DNA of 64,000 nucleotides from the NCBI RefSeq assembly GCF_018977255.1, contig NW_024704742.1, positions 79,052,001-79,116,000 on the forward strand, read 5' to 3'. The translations under genes were made by a program, and so were the position numbers. The first letter of the stretch is position 1. Each line of letters begins with the position of its first letter. The stretch is from Callorhinchus milii (Eukaryota). The notes beneath the pieces were generated by a model. It did not search any database. It saw nothing but the letters and a program-made list of their open reading frames with translations, and was not told the DNA's origin. Of this stretch, positions 51,690 through 63,689 are shown piece after piece.

Positions 51690-52410
51690 TTGGAGCAATC
51701 GTGGAATCAGAAAACCATATCAGTTTAGATCCGCAGATGTCATGCTCAGACTGTACAATCATCTGGTCAGACCGCACCTTGAATACTGCATACAGTTCTG
51801 TTTGCCTCAATTTAAGGGGTTTATCCAAGCTCCAGAAACTTCAGCTCTGAGAAGTATGAATGCAATGAGGATGATCCCCAAAATTAGAGGAACGAGTTAT
51901 TGGCAAGGATTAGACAAGCTGGAGCTCTTTAGGCTTGAAAGAAGACATTGCAGAAGGAGCCTTATAAAGATATCCACCATTTGAAATGGAACTGAGACAG
52001 TAATCACAGAATATACTTTCAAATGCATTCAGACAGCAGAACAAGAGAATAAATGTGCTTTTGATCTCCCTGCTTCCTCCCCTGCCCTCCCCCCACCTCA
52101 GCTCGGGTCCGAAACTCTGTTTGTCCAGCACCTTGGGACGTCCTTCCGACGTGAAAAGCGCTATACAAATGTAATGTTGTTGTTGTTGTAGAGTCACAAA
52201 GGACAATTTCAGGGCAGACACCAGGAAGTATTTCTTCACCAGGAGGGTAATTAACAATTGGAGCAGATTATCAGGAAGAGTGGTTGTGGCCAGGGCACTA
52301 GAATCATTTCAAAGCTAGATGGTATGATGAGAGGACAATAGGGTAGATATTCTGGAAGGAAGAGTTCAATTGGGCCAAATGGTTTCCTTTATTCTAAAAA
52401 CCTCTATTCT
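51690..52410 (+). mobile_element. CR1 3' fragment with a short L2 tail inserted at ~52054-52188
   Basis: LRLYNHLVRPHLEYCIQF, LELFRLERR; L2 tail gggacgtccttccgacgtgaaaagcgc..(TTG)n. Confidence 0.85.
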
Positions 52411-52897
52411 GATGTTGTGTTGGGGATTTTCTAGTCTTTGGGTCTCCACTGTTTCACTACTGGGATTAGCAGTGCAGCAGAATGTCAGATTAGACATACA
52501 ACACTGTGATTCAGAACAGAATGAGCCAGAGAATACGAGCTCCTTAGAACTGAAGCTGCATTCTGCTGTGCAGCTGCATCATTCACTAAGCTATTCTTTC
52601 AGTGTATCAAAAGGACGGAAACCCTCCATGGAATCATTCTTTCCAATGCTTAGTGACAACAGTTGGCAATGGCCTGTTGAATTTTGTTTGCTGACATTGC
52701 AGTGTACATTATTGCCTACAACTGATGAGGGGGAAAAGTCACACCAGCAAACAAATCTTCCAGATCAATGGACAAAGTCATAGATCTCAGGATATGGAAT
52801 ATTCAATGTAATAAATTTTCTATGAATTGTGAATTGTAAATTTACATATATATCCCTAAATGCACAGGGGCAAGTTACTGAATTAAACAGTTTAGAT

Positions 52898-53372
52898 ATT
52901 TGTCACCCCTTGGCTGGACTACTCCAACGCCCTCCTCGCCGGTCTCCCATCCACTACCATCGATAAATCCAAATCATTCAAAACTCTGCCGCCTGCATTC
53001 TCACCCGCACGAAACTCCGCTCCTCGATCACCCCAGTCCTTGCCAGACTGCATTGGTTGTCTATTCCAGAGAGGGTTCATTTCAAGATCTCACCCTTGTA
53101 TTCAAGTCCCTGCACTCCTCTGCACCCCCCTACCTTTCTGACCTCCTCTCTCCACAAAACAGTGCCTGTTGCCTTCGTTCCTCTGGGTCTGGCCTCCTCC
53201 TCATCCCCCGAGTCCTTTGCTCCACCCTCGGCGGTTGTGCCTTCAGGTCACCTTTCCACCCCCCCCCCCCCCCGCACCCCCGGCTCGATCCCGGCATCCG
53301 TTACTGCAAAGTGCTCTGAGATGCCATCTGGCGTGGAGGGCGTTATATAAATCCAAGTTGGTGGTGTTGTTG
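52898..53372 (+). mobile_element. L2 3' fragment (subfamily of the 54254 element)
   Basis: Closely matches 57565-58133. Confidence 0.9.
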
Positions 53373-53444
53373 TAGATATAAGTCCCACATTAATAAATGA
53401 TTTATCTGGAATACACAGAGCAAAACAGCTTGCTTTAAGGTAAT

Positions 53445-53690
53445 AGAACAACATACATTTATATGGTGCCCTTTTCATGTTGGGAGGATTTCTCAAATCA
53501 CTTTCGTTGGGAGCCCAAGTGTAGGGGGGCAGGGTGTGTATGTGTATGTGACCAATAGTGTAGTTGAAAATACATCTCAAGGTGGGCTTTAAAGTCAGGG
53601 AGGGAGTGGGTGAGGGGCGAGGTGAAGGGAGTTCAGGTGATATTCCAGAGTGTGGATAAACTGATTGAAAGCTCCCCACCGATGGTGAAC
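53445..53690 (-). mobile_element. Old L2 3' remnant
   Basis: aacaacatacatttatatggtgcc tail and ttccagagtgtgg..ccaccgatggt. Confidence 0.6.
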
Positions 53691-54125
53691 CAGATATAAT
53701 CTAGTCTCAATGTTTTTAACTTTGCATTCTCAAACACTGTACACTTTGCTGTCTTTGCAGAAGATTTCTCTCTCTGATAATTTTTGCTGATGATGGTAAT
53801 TCACTTGGATATTTTAGGAAATGTTCTTTGCTTTATTGGTTACATGATGTATGTTAATTGCAGACCAAGCTTCCAGTGTATTCGTGTTGTTGTCTGATGA
53901 CAATCAATGTTGCGCTTGCTCAACTGTGCGAAACTGTGGTACATTTTGAAAAGTGCAATAAACATTGCAATTAATAGTGAGGAACACATTTATTAGTTTT
54001 TACGATGTGTAAAACCAATCAAAGGTTCTGCTATTTATTTTCTTTCTCGCCACCCTTTGGCTCTATGCAGTAGGTCACAAACAGCTGTTCATACCTCCAG
54101 TTTCTCATTGGTAGAATTATGACAG

Positions 54126-54253
54126 AATGATAATCCTTGCATTTGGTATAGAGCTTTTCATTTTGGAAGGAAGTCTCAAAGCGCTAACAGGAGTTTACTG
54201 TGATGTGGAGTGAGTGTGTATTTATAGGCGATCATAGTAGCCCAATTGTGCAC
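54126..54253 (-). mobile_element. Old SINE 3' part, interrupted by the long L2; resumes at ~58135
   Basis: ..ccaattgtgcac | caatgtccattaactggcatg approximates the SINE consensus ccaattgcgcacagcaatgtcccacaaacagtcatg. Confidence 0.65.
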
Positions 54254-54267
54254 CTCGGGAATGAATC

Positions 54268-54400
54268 GGGGGCGGAGGTAGGGGAGCACGGGGCAGAGCC
54301 GACGCCTAGCCGTGTATAAGACCACAGCCAGGTGAGGAGCCACTCAATCGGGCGAAGGGGGAAGTGACGGGGTGGCGCGATTCACAAAGTGACGTGGCGT
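54268..54400 (+). promoter_or_regulatory. Putative internal Pol II promoter of the L2 5' UTR
   Basis: CpG-rich; GC box GGGGCGGAG at ~54268, TATAAG at 54315, TGACG (ATF/CRE half-sites) at 54365 and 54390. Confidence 0.4.
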
Positions 54401-54611
54401 TTTGTCATAGTTCAAAAAAAATTTTTTAAAAAACAATTATTTTAAAAAAAACCTAGCACCAACAACAAAAATGTCCTGGCCCCTGGCACTGCCATCCCGG
54501 CCATGACTTGGGAGGCTAAGCTTGAGGGCTGATGCCATCCCGCTGATCGCTCGCTCCCGGTCTCTGCGTGCGCGTTTTGGCTGCCGCCCCGACCCGAGCC
54601 TCCCCCTCCAC

Positions 54612-54690
54612 TCTAAATGTCTCTCCTCCCACCCCCCTCTATGTCTCTCCTCCCATCCCCCTCTATGTCTCTCGTCCCAACTCCCTCTAT
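54612..54690. repeat. Three in-frame 24-bp tandem units in the L2 ORF N-terminal region
   Basis: CTCTATGTCTCTCCTCCCA(C/T)CCCC repeats, translating as SLLPPPSM. Confidence 0.85.
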
Positions 54691-57201
54691 CCGCTACTCC
54701 CCCTCTGTCCTTTTCTCCCACCGCCCTCCCCACCTTCTCTCTCTCCTCGACCCCATCACCACTTCCCTCTGCTCCAGCCTGGGCATCCTCCGCCGGGCCC
54801 ATCGTGACTCCCAGCACTGGCTGTCCCAGAGAAGCAACCCCAAGTGTCCAATCATTCACTCCCTCTGCTCAAACCGCCTCCTTAAGGCAAACGCGACTCC
54901 CCTTTCCCTCATACATACCCTCCCCAACTCTCCACTCACATCACTCTCCACAACCATCTCTCCCATCCACCCCAAAATCCTATCCACCCCAAAATCCTCT
55001 CCACATCACTCTCTCCTCCCTCTCCTTCCTCCCGTCCCACCAGCAAACCCACCCGCATTTCCCTCCAACATGTCCGTTCCCTCTCTAATAAAGCCCTCAC
55101 CATCCACGACCTCATCCTGGACGAGCACCTTGACATACTTGGGCTCACCGAAACCTGGCTTTCCCCCATTAACCATATCCCCCAAGTTGAAGCCTCCCCT
55201 CCAGGCTACACCTTCCACCACACCCCCCGTCCAAACCAACGTGGTAGCAGGGTGGCCTTCATTTCCAAAGCCTCCCTTGGTCTCATCCCCTATTCCTCTG
55301 GCTGCTTCCCCTCCTTTGAGCACCTCACCCTCTTCCACCCCTCTCTCCCTTTGAAAATCCTCCTTGTCTACCGCCCCCATAAACCCCTCAGCTCCTTCCA
55401 CACAGACATCTCTACTCTCCTCTCTTCCCTGTCCCTCTGCTCCGAACACCTACTCATAATGGGCGATTTCAACCTCCACCTAAACTCCCCTTGCACCACT
55501 TCTGCCGATTTCACTGCCCTCTTCTCCTCCCTAAACTTTACCCTCCATACAAATTCACCTACCCACAACCGTGGTCATGCGCTTGACCTCATCATCATCC
55601 ACGGCCTTGAAATTTCCGACCTCAGCATAGTGGACAAGGCCATCTCGGACAACTTTTTCATCTCCTTCTCCTCTCACATCCCTCGCTCCTCCACCAAGCC
55701 CTCAACCATCCTCTACTGCCCTTGGAAAAGGCTACCCCCTGAGACCCTCACAAAGACCCACTCATCATCAAACATCCTATCCCTCTGGCCTTCCACCTGA
55801 GGAAATCCTGAAGCAGTCGTCCAGCTGCTCCATGATCGCTTCTCCTCCACCTTCAACTCCCTCGTCCCCCTGAAATCCAGGACCATCTCCAAACCCACCC
55901 GATCCCCCTGGTACAACAACCATCTCCACTGCCNAAAAACTCAAACATGTCTGCTCGAGCGCAGATGGCGGAAAACTGGCCTGACAGTCCACCGTCAACT
56001 GTGGCTCGAGCATCTCCACAACTACTGCCATTCTTTGATAGGCACAAAAACTGACTTTTACTCCAACATCACCTTGGAGGCTAAACACAACCCAAAACCC
56101 CTTTTTTCCACCAGCCACTACCTCCTCCGTGCCCCCCTCAGGTCTCCTCAATCTTCGTATTAAATGCCAAGTGCGAGGAGGTCATGGACTTCTTTTCAGC
56201 TAAAATACTTAACATCCGCCAGGCAGCATAATCCACTTGTCCCTTGTCATCCACCACCACGCCCTCTCTGTCCCCCTCACCCTCCCCATCATCTGCACCT
56301 ACCACCACCCCCATTCTACATTCCTTCCTCCCCGTCTCTCCCTCCTCCCTCTCACCCACCATCACCTCAATGAAACCCACCTCCTGCTGACTCGATCACC
56401 TCCCCACCAACTTACTGGTCACCCAGCTCCCCCTCCTCTGCCCACTACTGGCTGACAATATCAACCAGTCCCTCTCCTCCGGATCAGTCCCTGCCTCCCT
56501 CAAAACTGTTGAACCCCCCCCCCCTCCTGAAAAAACCTTCCCTAGATCCCTCAAACCCCAGCCACTACCACTCTATTTCTAACCTGCCGTTCCTCGTAAA
56601 AGTACTAGAAAGCGTTGTTGCCAATCAACTCCGCACCCACCTCTCCTCCCACTCCCTCTTCGAACACCTCCACTCGCCTGGTTTGAGTCCTAACTCACAA
56701 ACCGCCTGCAGTACATCTGCACAAACCACTTCTCCTCCCGCTCTCATCCGGTTACCTGCGGGGTACCCCAAGGATCCATCCTTGGACCCTACTCTTTCTG
56801 ATGCTTTATATGCTCCCTCTCGGGGATGTCATCCGCAGACATGGGTACATTTACACATGTATGCGGATGACACCCAACTCTATTTTTTCACCTCTTTTTG
56901 CGACCTCCAGTGCCCTGATGTTCTGTCAGCCTGCCTGTCAGACCTCAGGGGCTGGATGAGCGCAAACTTCCTTCAGCTGAACATTCACAAGACAGAAGTC
57001 ATACTCTTTGGCTCTCGTCAACATCTAAAATCTCACGGCTCTCACCTCCTCTACCTACCCGATCTCTCCCTAAAACTCTCCGAACCCGTACTCAACCTAG
57101 GTGTCAGGTTCAACCCCCAAATATGCTTTCTCCCCCACATCCGGTCCCTCACCAGCACCGCTTTCTTCTACCTCCAACGCATCGCCTGTCTCCCCCAAAA
57201 A

Positions 57202-57523
57202 GTGAGTCCTGTAGTGCAGTGGTTAGAGCACTCGCTTTGCAAGCGAGAGACCTGAGTTCAATTCCAGGCAGGGGCGAAACCTTGGGCAAGTTTCCTTACT
57301 CCACCCGTCTAATAATAATCCCTCCAAAACCAATAATAAATTGGTCATTTTCAATCCATGACTGTTTGGGGACATTGCTGTGCGCAATTGGCTGCCGCGT
57401 TTCGCCCACAAATATCCAGTCAATTCACTTTACAGTATATTCTGTGAAGCGCTTTGGGACGTCTTCCCGACGTGAAAAGCGCTATATCAAATGCAAGGAT
57501 TATTATTATTATTATTATTATTA
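57202..57523 (+). mobile_element. Young tRNA-Ala SINE nested in the long L2
   Basis: Interrupts RIA.L..|YLSPKAAETLVHAF. Confidence 0.95.
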
Positions 57524-58163
57524 TAATACCTCTCCCCAAAAGCCGCTGAAACCCTGGTCCATGCCTTTGTCACCTCTTGACTGGTCTACTCTAATGTTCT
57601 CCTCGCCGGTCTCCCATCCACTACCATCCATAAAATCCAACTCATTCAGAACTCTGCCACCCACATTTTCATCCGCACGAAACTCTGTTCCCCGATCACC
57701 CCAGTCCTTGCCAGACTGCACTGGCTGCCTATCCCAGAGAGGATCGATTTCAAGATCCTCACACTTGCGTTCAAATCCCTCCACTCCTCTGCACCCCCCG
57801 ACCTCTCTGACCTCCTCTCTCCTCACAACAGTGCCCGTTGCCTTTGTTCTCTGGGTCTGGCCTCCTCGTCCCCCGAGTCCTCTGCTCCACTCTCGGCGGC
57901 CGTGCCTTCAGCCACTATGCCCCGAGGATCTGGAACAGCCTTCCTCACTCCCTTCGCCTCGCTCCCTCCCTTCCTATTTTCAGGTCTCTGCTGAAGACCT
58001 TTCTTTTCGATCACGCCTTTGGTCACCTTCCTCCCCCTCCCCCTGGCTCGGCCCTGGGATCCGTTACTGTGACGCGCTCTGAGATGCTGTCCAGCGTGGA
58101 AGACACTATACAAATCCAAGCTGTTGTTGTTATCAATGTCCATTAACTGGCATGAAACAAATT

Positions 58164-58901
58164 ATAATAATAATCCTTAATAATCACGAGACATCTCAAA
58201 GTGCTACACAGAATATATTATAAAGTGAATATATGACTATTGACTATATTTTGTGGGTGAAACACAGCAGTTACTTGCACACAGCAGTGTCTCACAAACA
58301 CTCTATATATATATGTATATAAAGGGATTATTACACCAGGGAAAAGCGATCTGCCAATCCACTAACAACAACAACAAAATTACATTTCTATAGCGCCTTT
58401 CACATAGGGATGACGTCCCAAGGCACTGTACAGACAGAGTTTCGGACCCGAGCTGGGGGTCGGGGAGGGTGGAGGGCAGGGGGGGAACCCGGGAGATTGA
58501 AAGCACGGTCGAAGAGTAGGCTCTTGAGATGGGTCTTGAAGGAGGCAAGGGAGGGGGCGAGTCAGAGGGACTGTGGGATGGAGTTCCAGAGGGTTGGTGC
58601 AGAGTGGCAGAAGGCCTGCCCGCCAATGGTGGGGCGAGCGAGGCAGGGGACGTGAAGCAGGCTGAAGCCCGCATAGCGGAGTGAGCGAGCAGGATGGCAG
58701 GGGTTTAGGAGGTCACAGAGGTAGGGGGGAGCAAGACCACAGAGGGCTTTGAAGGTGAACAAAAGGTTCCCACTTCCTGCTAGATTAACAGAGGCACGTG
58801 GAGTAAGTACATTGCCTAACATTTCGCCCTGCTCGGGAATCGAACCCAGATCCTCTCACTTGCGTGGCAAATGCTTTAACCAATATGCTACAGGACTCCA
58901 C
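58164..58901 (-). mobile_element. Intermediate SINE split by an L2 fragment
   Basis: ..caatccactaacaac | aacaaaaggttcccactt.. continues the SINE long block. Confidence 0.82.
58365..58757 (-). mobile_element. L2 3' fragment
   Basis: TFKALCGLAPPYL..PTLWNSIP; (TTG)n tail. Confidence 0.92.
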
Positions 58902-59039
58902 AATATTATTTGGGGAATTGTTGGCCTAGATACCAGAAGAAACTCCTTTCTCTTTTTGAGTAGTGTCATGGGATCTTTAACATCTACCTGAACAGACGCA
59001 TTGGATTTTAGATTATTGCTGATCTGCAACTCAGTACTA

Positions 59040-59225
59040 TTTGCCTCCCTTTTCTCCATGCTCCCTGCTACCCTTACAAGCTAAGAATGTATCTACCTCC
59101 TCTTAAACACTCCCACTGATTCTGCCTGACAACTCCTTTGAGGAAGTGAATTCCAGAATCCCACAATTCTCTGAGTAAAAAATATCTTCGGATTTCATTG
59201 TTAGCAGGTCTAGAACTAAAGCTGA
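59040..59225 (-). mobile_element. Old CR1 3' remnant
   Basis: ggaagtgaattccagaatcccacaattctctgagtaaaaaa is antisense to FF.QRIVGFWNSLP. Confidence 0.6.
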
Positions 59226-59720
59226 GTTCATTAAATTAGAATAGTTAGAATAGTTCTTAAGTTAGAAAAGGTTATCTTCAGAGCTGGAAATTGTTTAAAC
59301 CATGCAACCACCATCAGGGAGACCAGACCAATAGATCCTGTTGAATGAAACTCCTGCCCTCACTTCAATTGCTTTTCTGCTTGTATTGCTCACTAGTGGA
59401 TAGAAGAATTACTTCTTCAATGTTTACTTTATGACTGAGGGATATGCTTTCATCCCCAGTTGTATCATTTTCTTTTGAAGAATTTGTGAACGATAACCTC
59501 TTTTTTGCAACAGAAGCCGTTACAGAGACAAACACCCTTCCTCATTAAATGGCTTTAAACTGAATGACTGGGGTTTTATAATCAATATTTGCATCAATGG
59601 GAATTAATAGATGTATTTTGTAAATTGTTTCTTTGAGTACCAGCCAGATACAATACAATTGTTTCTACCATTCCTGTCCATTTTTAGGTTCCTATGATCA
59701 TTTGTACTATTGACAGAAAC

Positions 59721-60042
59721 AATAATAATAATAATAATAATCCTTGCATTTGATATAGCGCTTTTCACGTCGGGAGGACGTCCCAAAGCGCTTCACAGAA
59801 CACACTGTAAAGTGAATTGACTGTATATTTGTGGGCGAACGCAGCAGCCAATTGCGCACAGCAATGTCCCACAAACAGTCGTAGATTGAAAATGACCAAT
59901 TTATTATTGTTTTTGGTTTTGGAGGGATTATTATTAGGCGTGTGGAGTAAGGAAACTTGCCCAAGGTTTCGCTCTGCCTGGAATTTAACTCAGGTCTCTC
60001 GCATGCAAAGCAAGTGCTCTAATCACTGAGCTACAGGACTCC
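59721..60042 (-). mobile_element. Young tRNA-Ala SINE
   Basis: Near-identical reverse complement of 50263-50590. Confidence 0.95.
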
Positions 60043-61027
60043 AATGATTTCAGGCTCAATAGTGCCAGCAGAAACATATCATTCAGGTAACACCAAGCTT
60101 GGTACTCACAGTATGTAAGGTATTCTCTATAACTATCACCAATTATTCCAATACAGCACAATATGACCTGAGTTGATTCAACGATTGGATATAGTTAAAG
60201 ACGATGTTCTTGATGCTTCGTCTTGTATTCTATTAGATATGTAATTGTAAGGACAAGGAGAAGGTACGAGACAGCCTTAGGCATTTGCATGTCAGATGCC
60301 CCTGAGTTCTTGATAACACGTTGTTAGGAGCAAATGACATGATCTGAATACAAATGTAAACCCACTCAGAATATAGGCAAAGTTCTTGGTGTAAAACAAT
60401 AATGCTCAATAGAGCTATGTAATTCTTATTAATACATATCACCATATTTCTTTAATCATTTACAGTGACTATTAAATATCAAGCAGCTCATTCACTAACA
60501 TACAATAGGATTAATATTCTCCTGGTCTCAAATAATTGATACAAGAATCCTACCCTGCAGCAGTACAGAATACTGATTTGGAAATGTACATTACACGCAC
60601 ACACAGAACATGGATATTTGCAGATACCAGAATTGTTCAAATAACATTATGCAGTATTATGCAAATACCTGATGACTAAGGTTGACAGGCTAAAAGAAAT
60701 ACGTCTAATTTATTAACTGGTGTATATCTATTAATGATGTTACAATTCCAGGAATTTCAGGCAAATTACTTTCTATATTATTTGCTGAAGGTGTAAACTG
60801 TAGAGTTTTGTAAAATTGGTCATTCACTGCATGGCTGTTCGTGTGCAAACTGGTTGCTGCGCTCACCTACAAATATACACTTATTGCACTTTATTGAAAC
60901 ATTGTGATTATCAAAGCTATAGGCATTATATTGAATGCAATAATATTATTATAGTTGTAATCAAAGCAATATCAACTAAACTCCTGTTGCCAGGGAAGGT
61001 AGCCCAGACTTTCCTAACAACTGCTAA

Positions 61028-62190
61028 AACAACTTACATTGATATAGCATCCTTCATGCAGGATAGCGTCTTGGAATGGTATTGTTAGATTATAGAAGTT
61101 GTAGTCTAATAATAATGAACATTAAACAAATGTAGAATGGAGAAAGTACTGACAGTCATGGGATAGGACACATCTGGTTTTCTCTGTTTTTGAAAGAATA
61201 ACAGGACAGCTTTGGAAAAGGGCAGGGGTCACCTCTTATCAGTAAATAACAAGAAGTCCACAGAGGTAACGGTCCAAGGTACCGGTTGACATAGAATCTC
61301 GACTTAGCAATAAGTCGCTAGATTCTGGCAGGGCCTGCCGAGCGACAAAAGGCAATCCTCAAGAATAGAACTGATGAGCAAGTTGTTTAAACTAGAGGGC
61401 CTTGGTACCACCCCGGGATACTGATAAGAAATAACCAGTCACTTAAAAGGAATGTACTAATGATTCCACACAACAAAATAACAAGCACCAGATACAACCC
61501 TAAACTGATCAATCTCCTATCTTAGACAGGACAAAGGGAAGACTCGTGGAGACTCGGTCAGGCTGGCACTAAGCCAAATGATTGATTAACCTGAGTACGT
61601 GACTGTATCAGGAGTGGGTAGAGGGGCCCTAGGAAGGACGAGGCGGTTGGTCGAAAACCGCCGAATAAGGCTAGGTAAAATACGAAGTGATTGGATATGT
61701 AAATACCGGATGTAATGGCAAATCAGGCGACTGACTATAAGTAGCCGAAAAAGAGAAGTGGAAAGCAGTCCGGAACGGCGCCAACAAACGGTGATGGAAG
61801 ATCGAAAACCTGAATAACTGAAGCAACTAAGAAAGAACCCTGTTCCGGACTCGCAGCACTCAGTCTAGCGGCGTTGACGTTTGACTGCTGAAATAAGCGT
61901 GCTTCAATGATATTTTTGTTTGAATAAACTTGGCTTAACAGATTTAACTAAACGGAATGCTGGGTGACCTTTTTGATATCTAACAGTATACTGTGGCGGA
62001 GTTGGACACTGAGCAAGAGAGAAGAGGGAGGGAGGGACTACATTAGCGGTCAAAGAGGTTGGTCTTCAAATGGGATTTAAAGTTAAAGAAAAAGGGAGCA
62101 AGGCGGTGGGATTTAGGCAGGGAGTTCCAGAGGTTAGGGATGTAGTGGCTTAAGGCTTGGCCACTGATGGTGATGAGCAGTGTTTGGGGA
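61028..62190 (-). mobile_element. Old L2 3' remnant interrupted by the solo LTR
   Basis: Tail aacaacttacattgatatagc (61028-61082) continues after 61989 with antisense LWNSLP..FKSHLKT.LFDR. Confidence 0.65.
61083..61985 (+). mobile_element. Solo LTR (903 bp) of an LTR retrotransposon or ERV
   Basis: TGTTAGAT..ATCTAACA termini; GTAT TSD at 61079-61082 and 61986-61989; TATAAG at ~61736; AATAAA at 61923-61928. Confidence 0.85.
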
Positions 62191-62883
62191 CGCACAGCAA
62201 ACAAACCTGTGTCAGTTAAGTAAAGGGGGCAGACTCGTTTTATGGAGCCAATAATCCACGTTATAACAGAATTCATGCTTCTGATAATTGCTATGTTTAG
62301 GCGTCCAATTTCACCTTTCTGACAAATTTACTTTGCTAACAGCAGTATTGACCAGTGGAATCGGTTAACTGCTGTCTTTCCACTGGTGGGTAATCTGAAA
62401 GGATAAAAGCTGCCTTTTCCTTGAATCTCTACAGCCCTTCAGTGTATTATCATCTTGTCAAAGTCACTCCCACAGTGCTGCAAGTGCTGGAAATGTTTCC
62501 CTTTTATCCACATTTCCATGGATTATATCATGTGTGTAAAATAGGCAGTGAAAAATGTCAATCCAATTCTTTTTTCTTCTTCTGTTGTCACTTGCTCCTC
62601 AGCACTAAATGTATATGTTGATATTTCTTTCAACACTCTGTTCAACCTGTCAGGATTGAAGTAGGTCAAAGACTCTTGAAGAATTCATTGCTTCAGGAAA
62701 ATGCAACTTTGAAAAACCAGCTTCCTTTGCTACGTTAGCACAGCAGATAATAGGGTGAAAGTTGCAACAAGTATTGGGCTGCCGGCTTAACACAGAAAAA
62801 CAGCTCTGAGTAAAGCCAATATTCCACTCACCAGCAACAAATTAACACCTTGAAGATTGCACTTTTTACCCCAATACTATACT

Positions 62884-63249
62884 GTGGAGTCCTGTAGCTC
62901 AGTGGTTAGAGCACTTGCCTTGCAAGCGAGAGACCTGGGTTCGATTCCCAGCAGGGTGAAATGTTCGGCAAGTTTCCTTACTCCATATGCCTGTTTATCT
63001 AGCAATAAGTTGATTAATAAGTTAGTCGATTGGTGGATCACTTTACCGGGGGTAATGATTCCTTAAAAAAAATAATTAGTCACTTCAATCCACGGCTGTT
63101 TGTGGAACAATGCTGTGTGCAATTGGCTCCCGTGTTTTGCCCACAAAATATACAGTCAATTCACTTTACAGTATATTCTGTGAAGCACTTTGAGATGCTT
63201 CGAAGACCTGATAAGGCGCTATATCAAATGCAAGGATTATTATTATTAT
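62884..63249 (+). mobile_element. Intermediate tRNA-Ala SINE
   Basis: Intact A-box and B-box GGTTCGATTCC, long block, tail. Confidence 0.9.
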
Positions 63250-63689
63250 CTTATTTGACAATGTTTGTCCAATTTCTTGTGGACAATTTCAGTTTGAGTA
63301 AAAGCTCAGCAAAACAACACAGCCACTGAAAAGATTGGCCAATGTAAGCTGAGAATGATTAGTAGTAAAAGACCATGTCTCACCAATCTAGGATTGTTTT
63401 TAGTGGATTAGGCCTATCCATGGAAAGGCTACTGGTAAAGTTCTACATGAGAGACTTTGATAGAACTACTTGCAATAATAGCTCATTTGTATTCTAGCAA
63501 TAGGACAAAGGTAAATGAAAGGTTAAGAGGGGAAATGAGAAGCTAAAAATATTCTGTGGATCATGGCTTGTTATTTTGTCTACACGTTTCCCACATAAAC
63601 ATAGTTACCTCACTTTATATTATTTCACTATGAAGTACTTTGGGACATCCTCCCACCATAGATACAAATCGATTCATATTGATTGCAAG

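Larger units (their letters stand above)
54254..58133 (+). mobile_element. Near full-length L2 LINE (dead): 5' UTR, APE endonuclease, RT, 3' UTR
   Basis: IRYS..LGILRR N-terminus; HVRSLSNK..LGLTETWL, VYRP, MGDFNLH, PTH..GHALDL, ISDN (APE); ISNLPFLVKVLE, GVPQGSILGP, HMYADDTQLY (RT); multiple frameshifts, an RT deletion near 56675, (TTG)n tail. Confidence 0.93.

Noticed and set aside
52370..52783. 137-aa ORF with a hydrophobic N-terminus
   Set aside because: Starts at a TTG inside a CR1 tail; no recognisable domain or splice support
54437..55449. Pro/Ser-rich and Gly/Glu-rich ORFs as an ORF1 or host gene
   Set aside because: Alternate or antisense frames of C-rich L2 sequence; no ORF1 domain recognisable
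57123..58082. 319-aa ORF
   Set aside because: Chance read-through of off-frame L2 plus the nested SINE, including a poly-Tyr run from the (ATT)n tail
62655..62738. Acceptor followed by a coiled-coil-like peptide (IEVGQRLLKNSLLQENATLKNQL)
   Set aside because: Runs into a stop, weak donor, peptide not recognised
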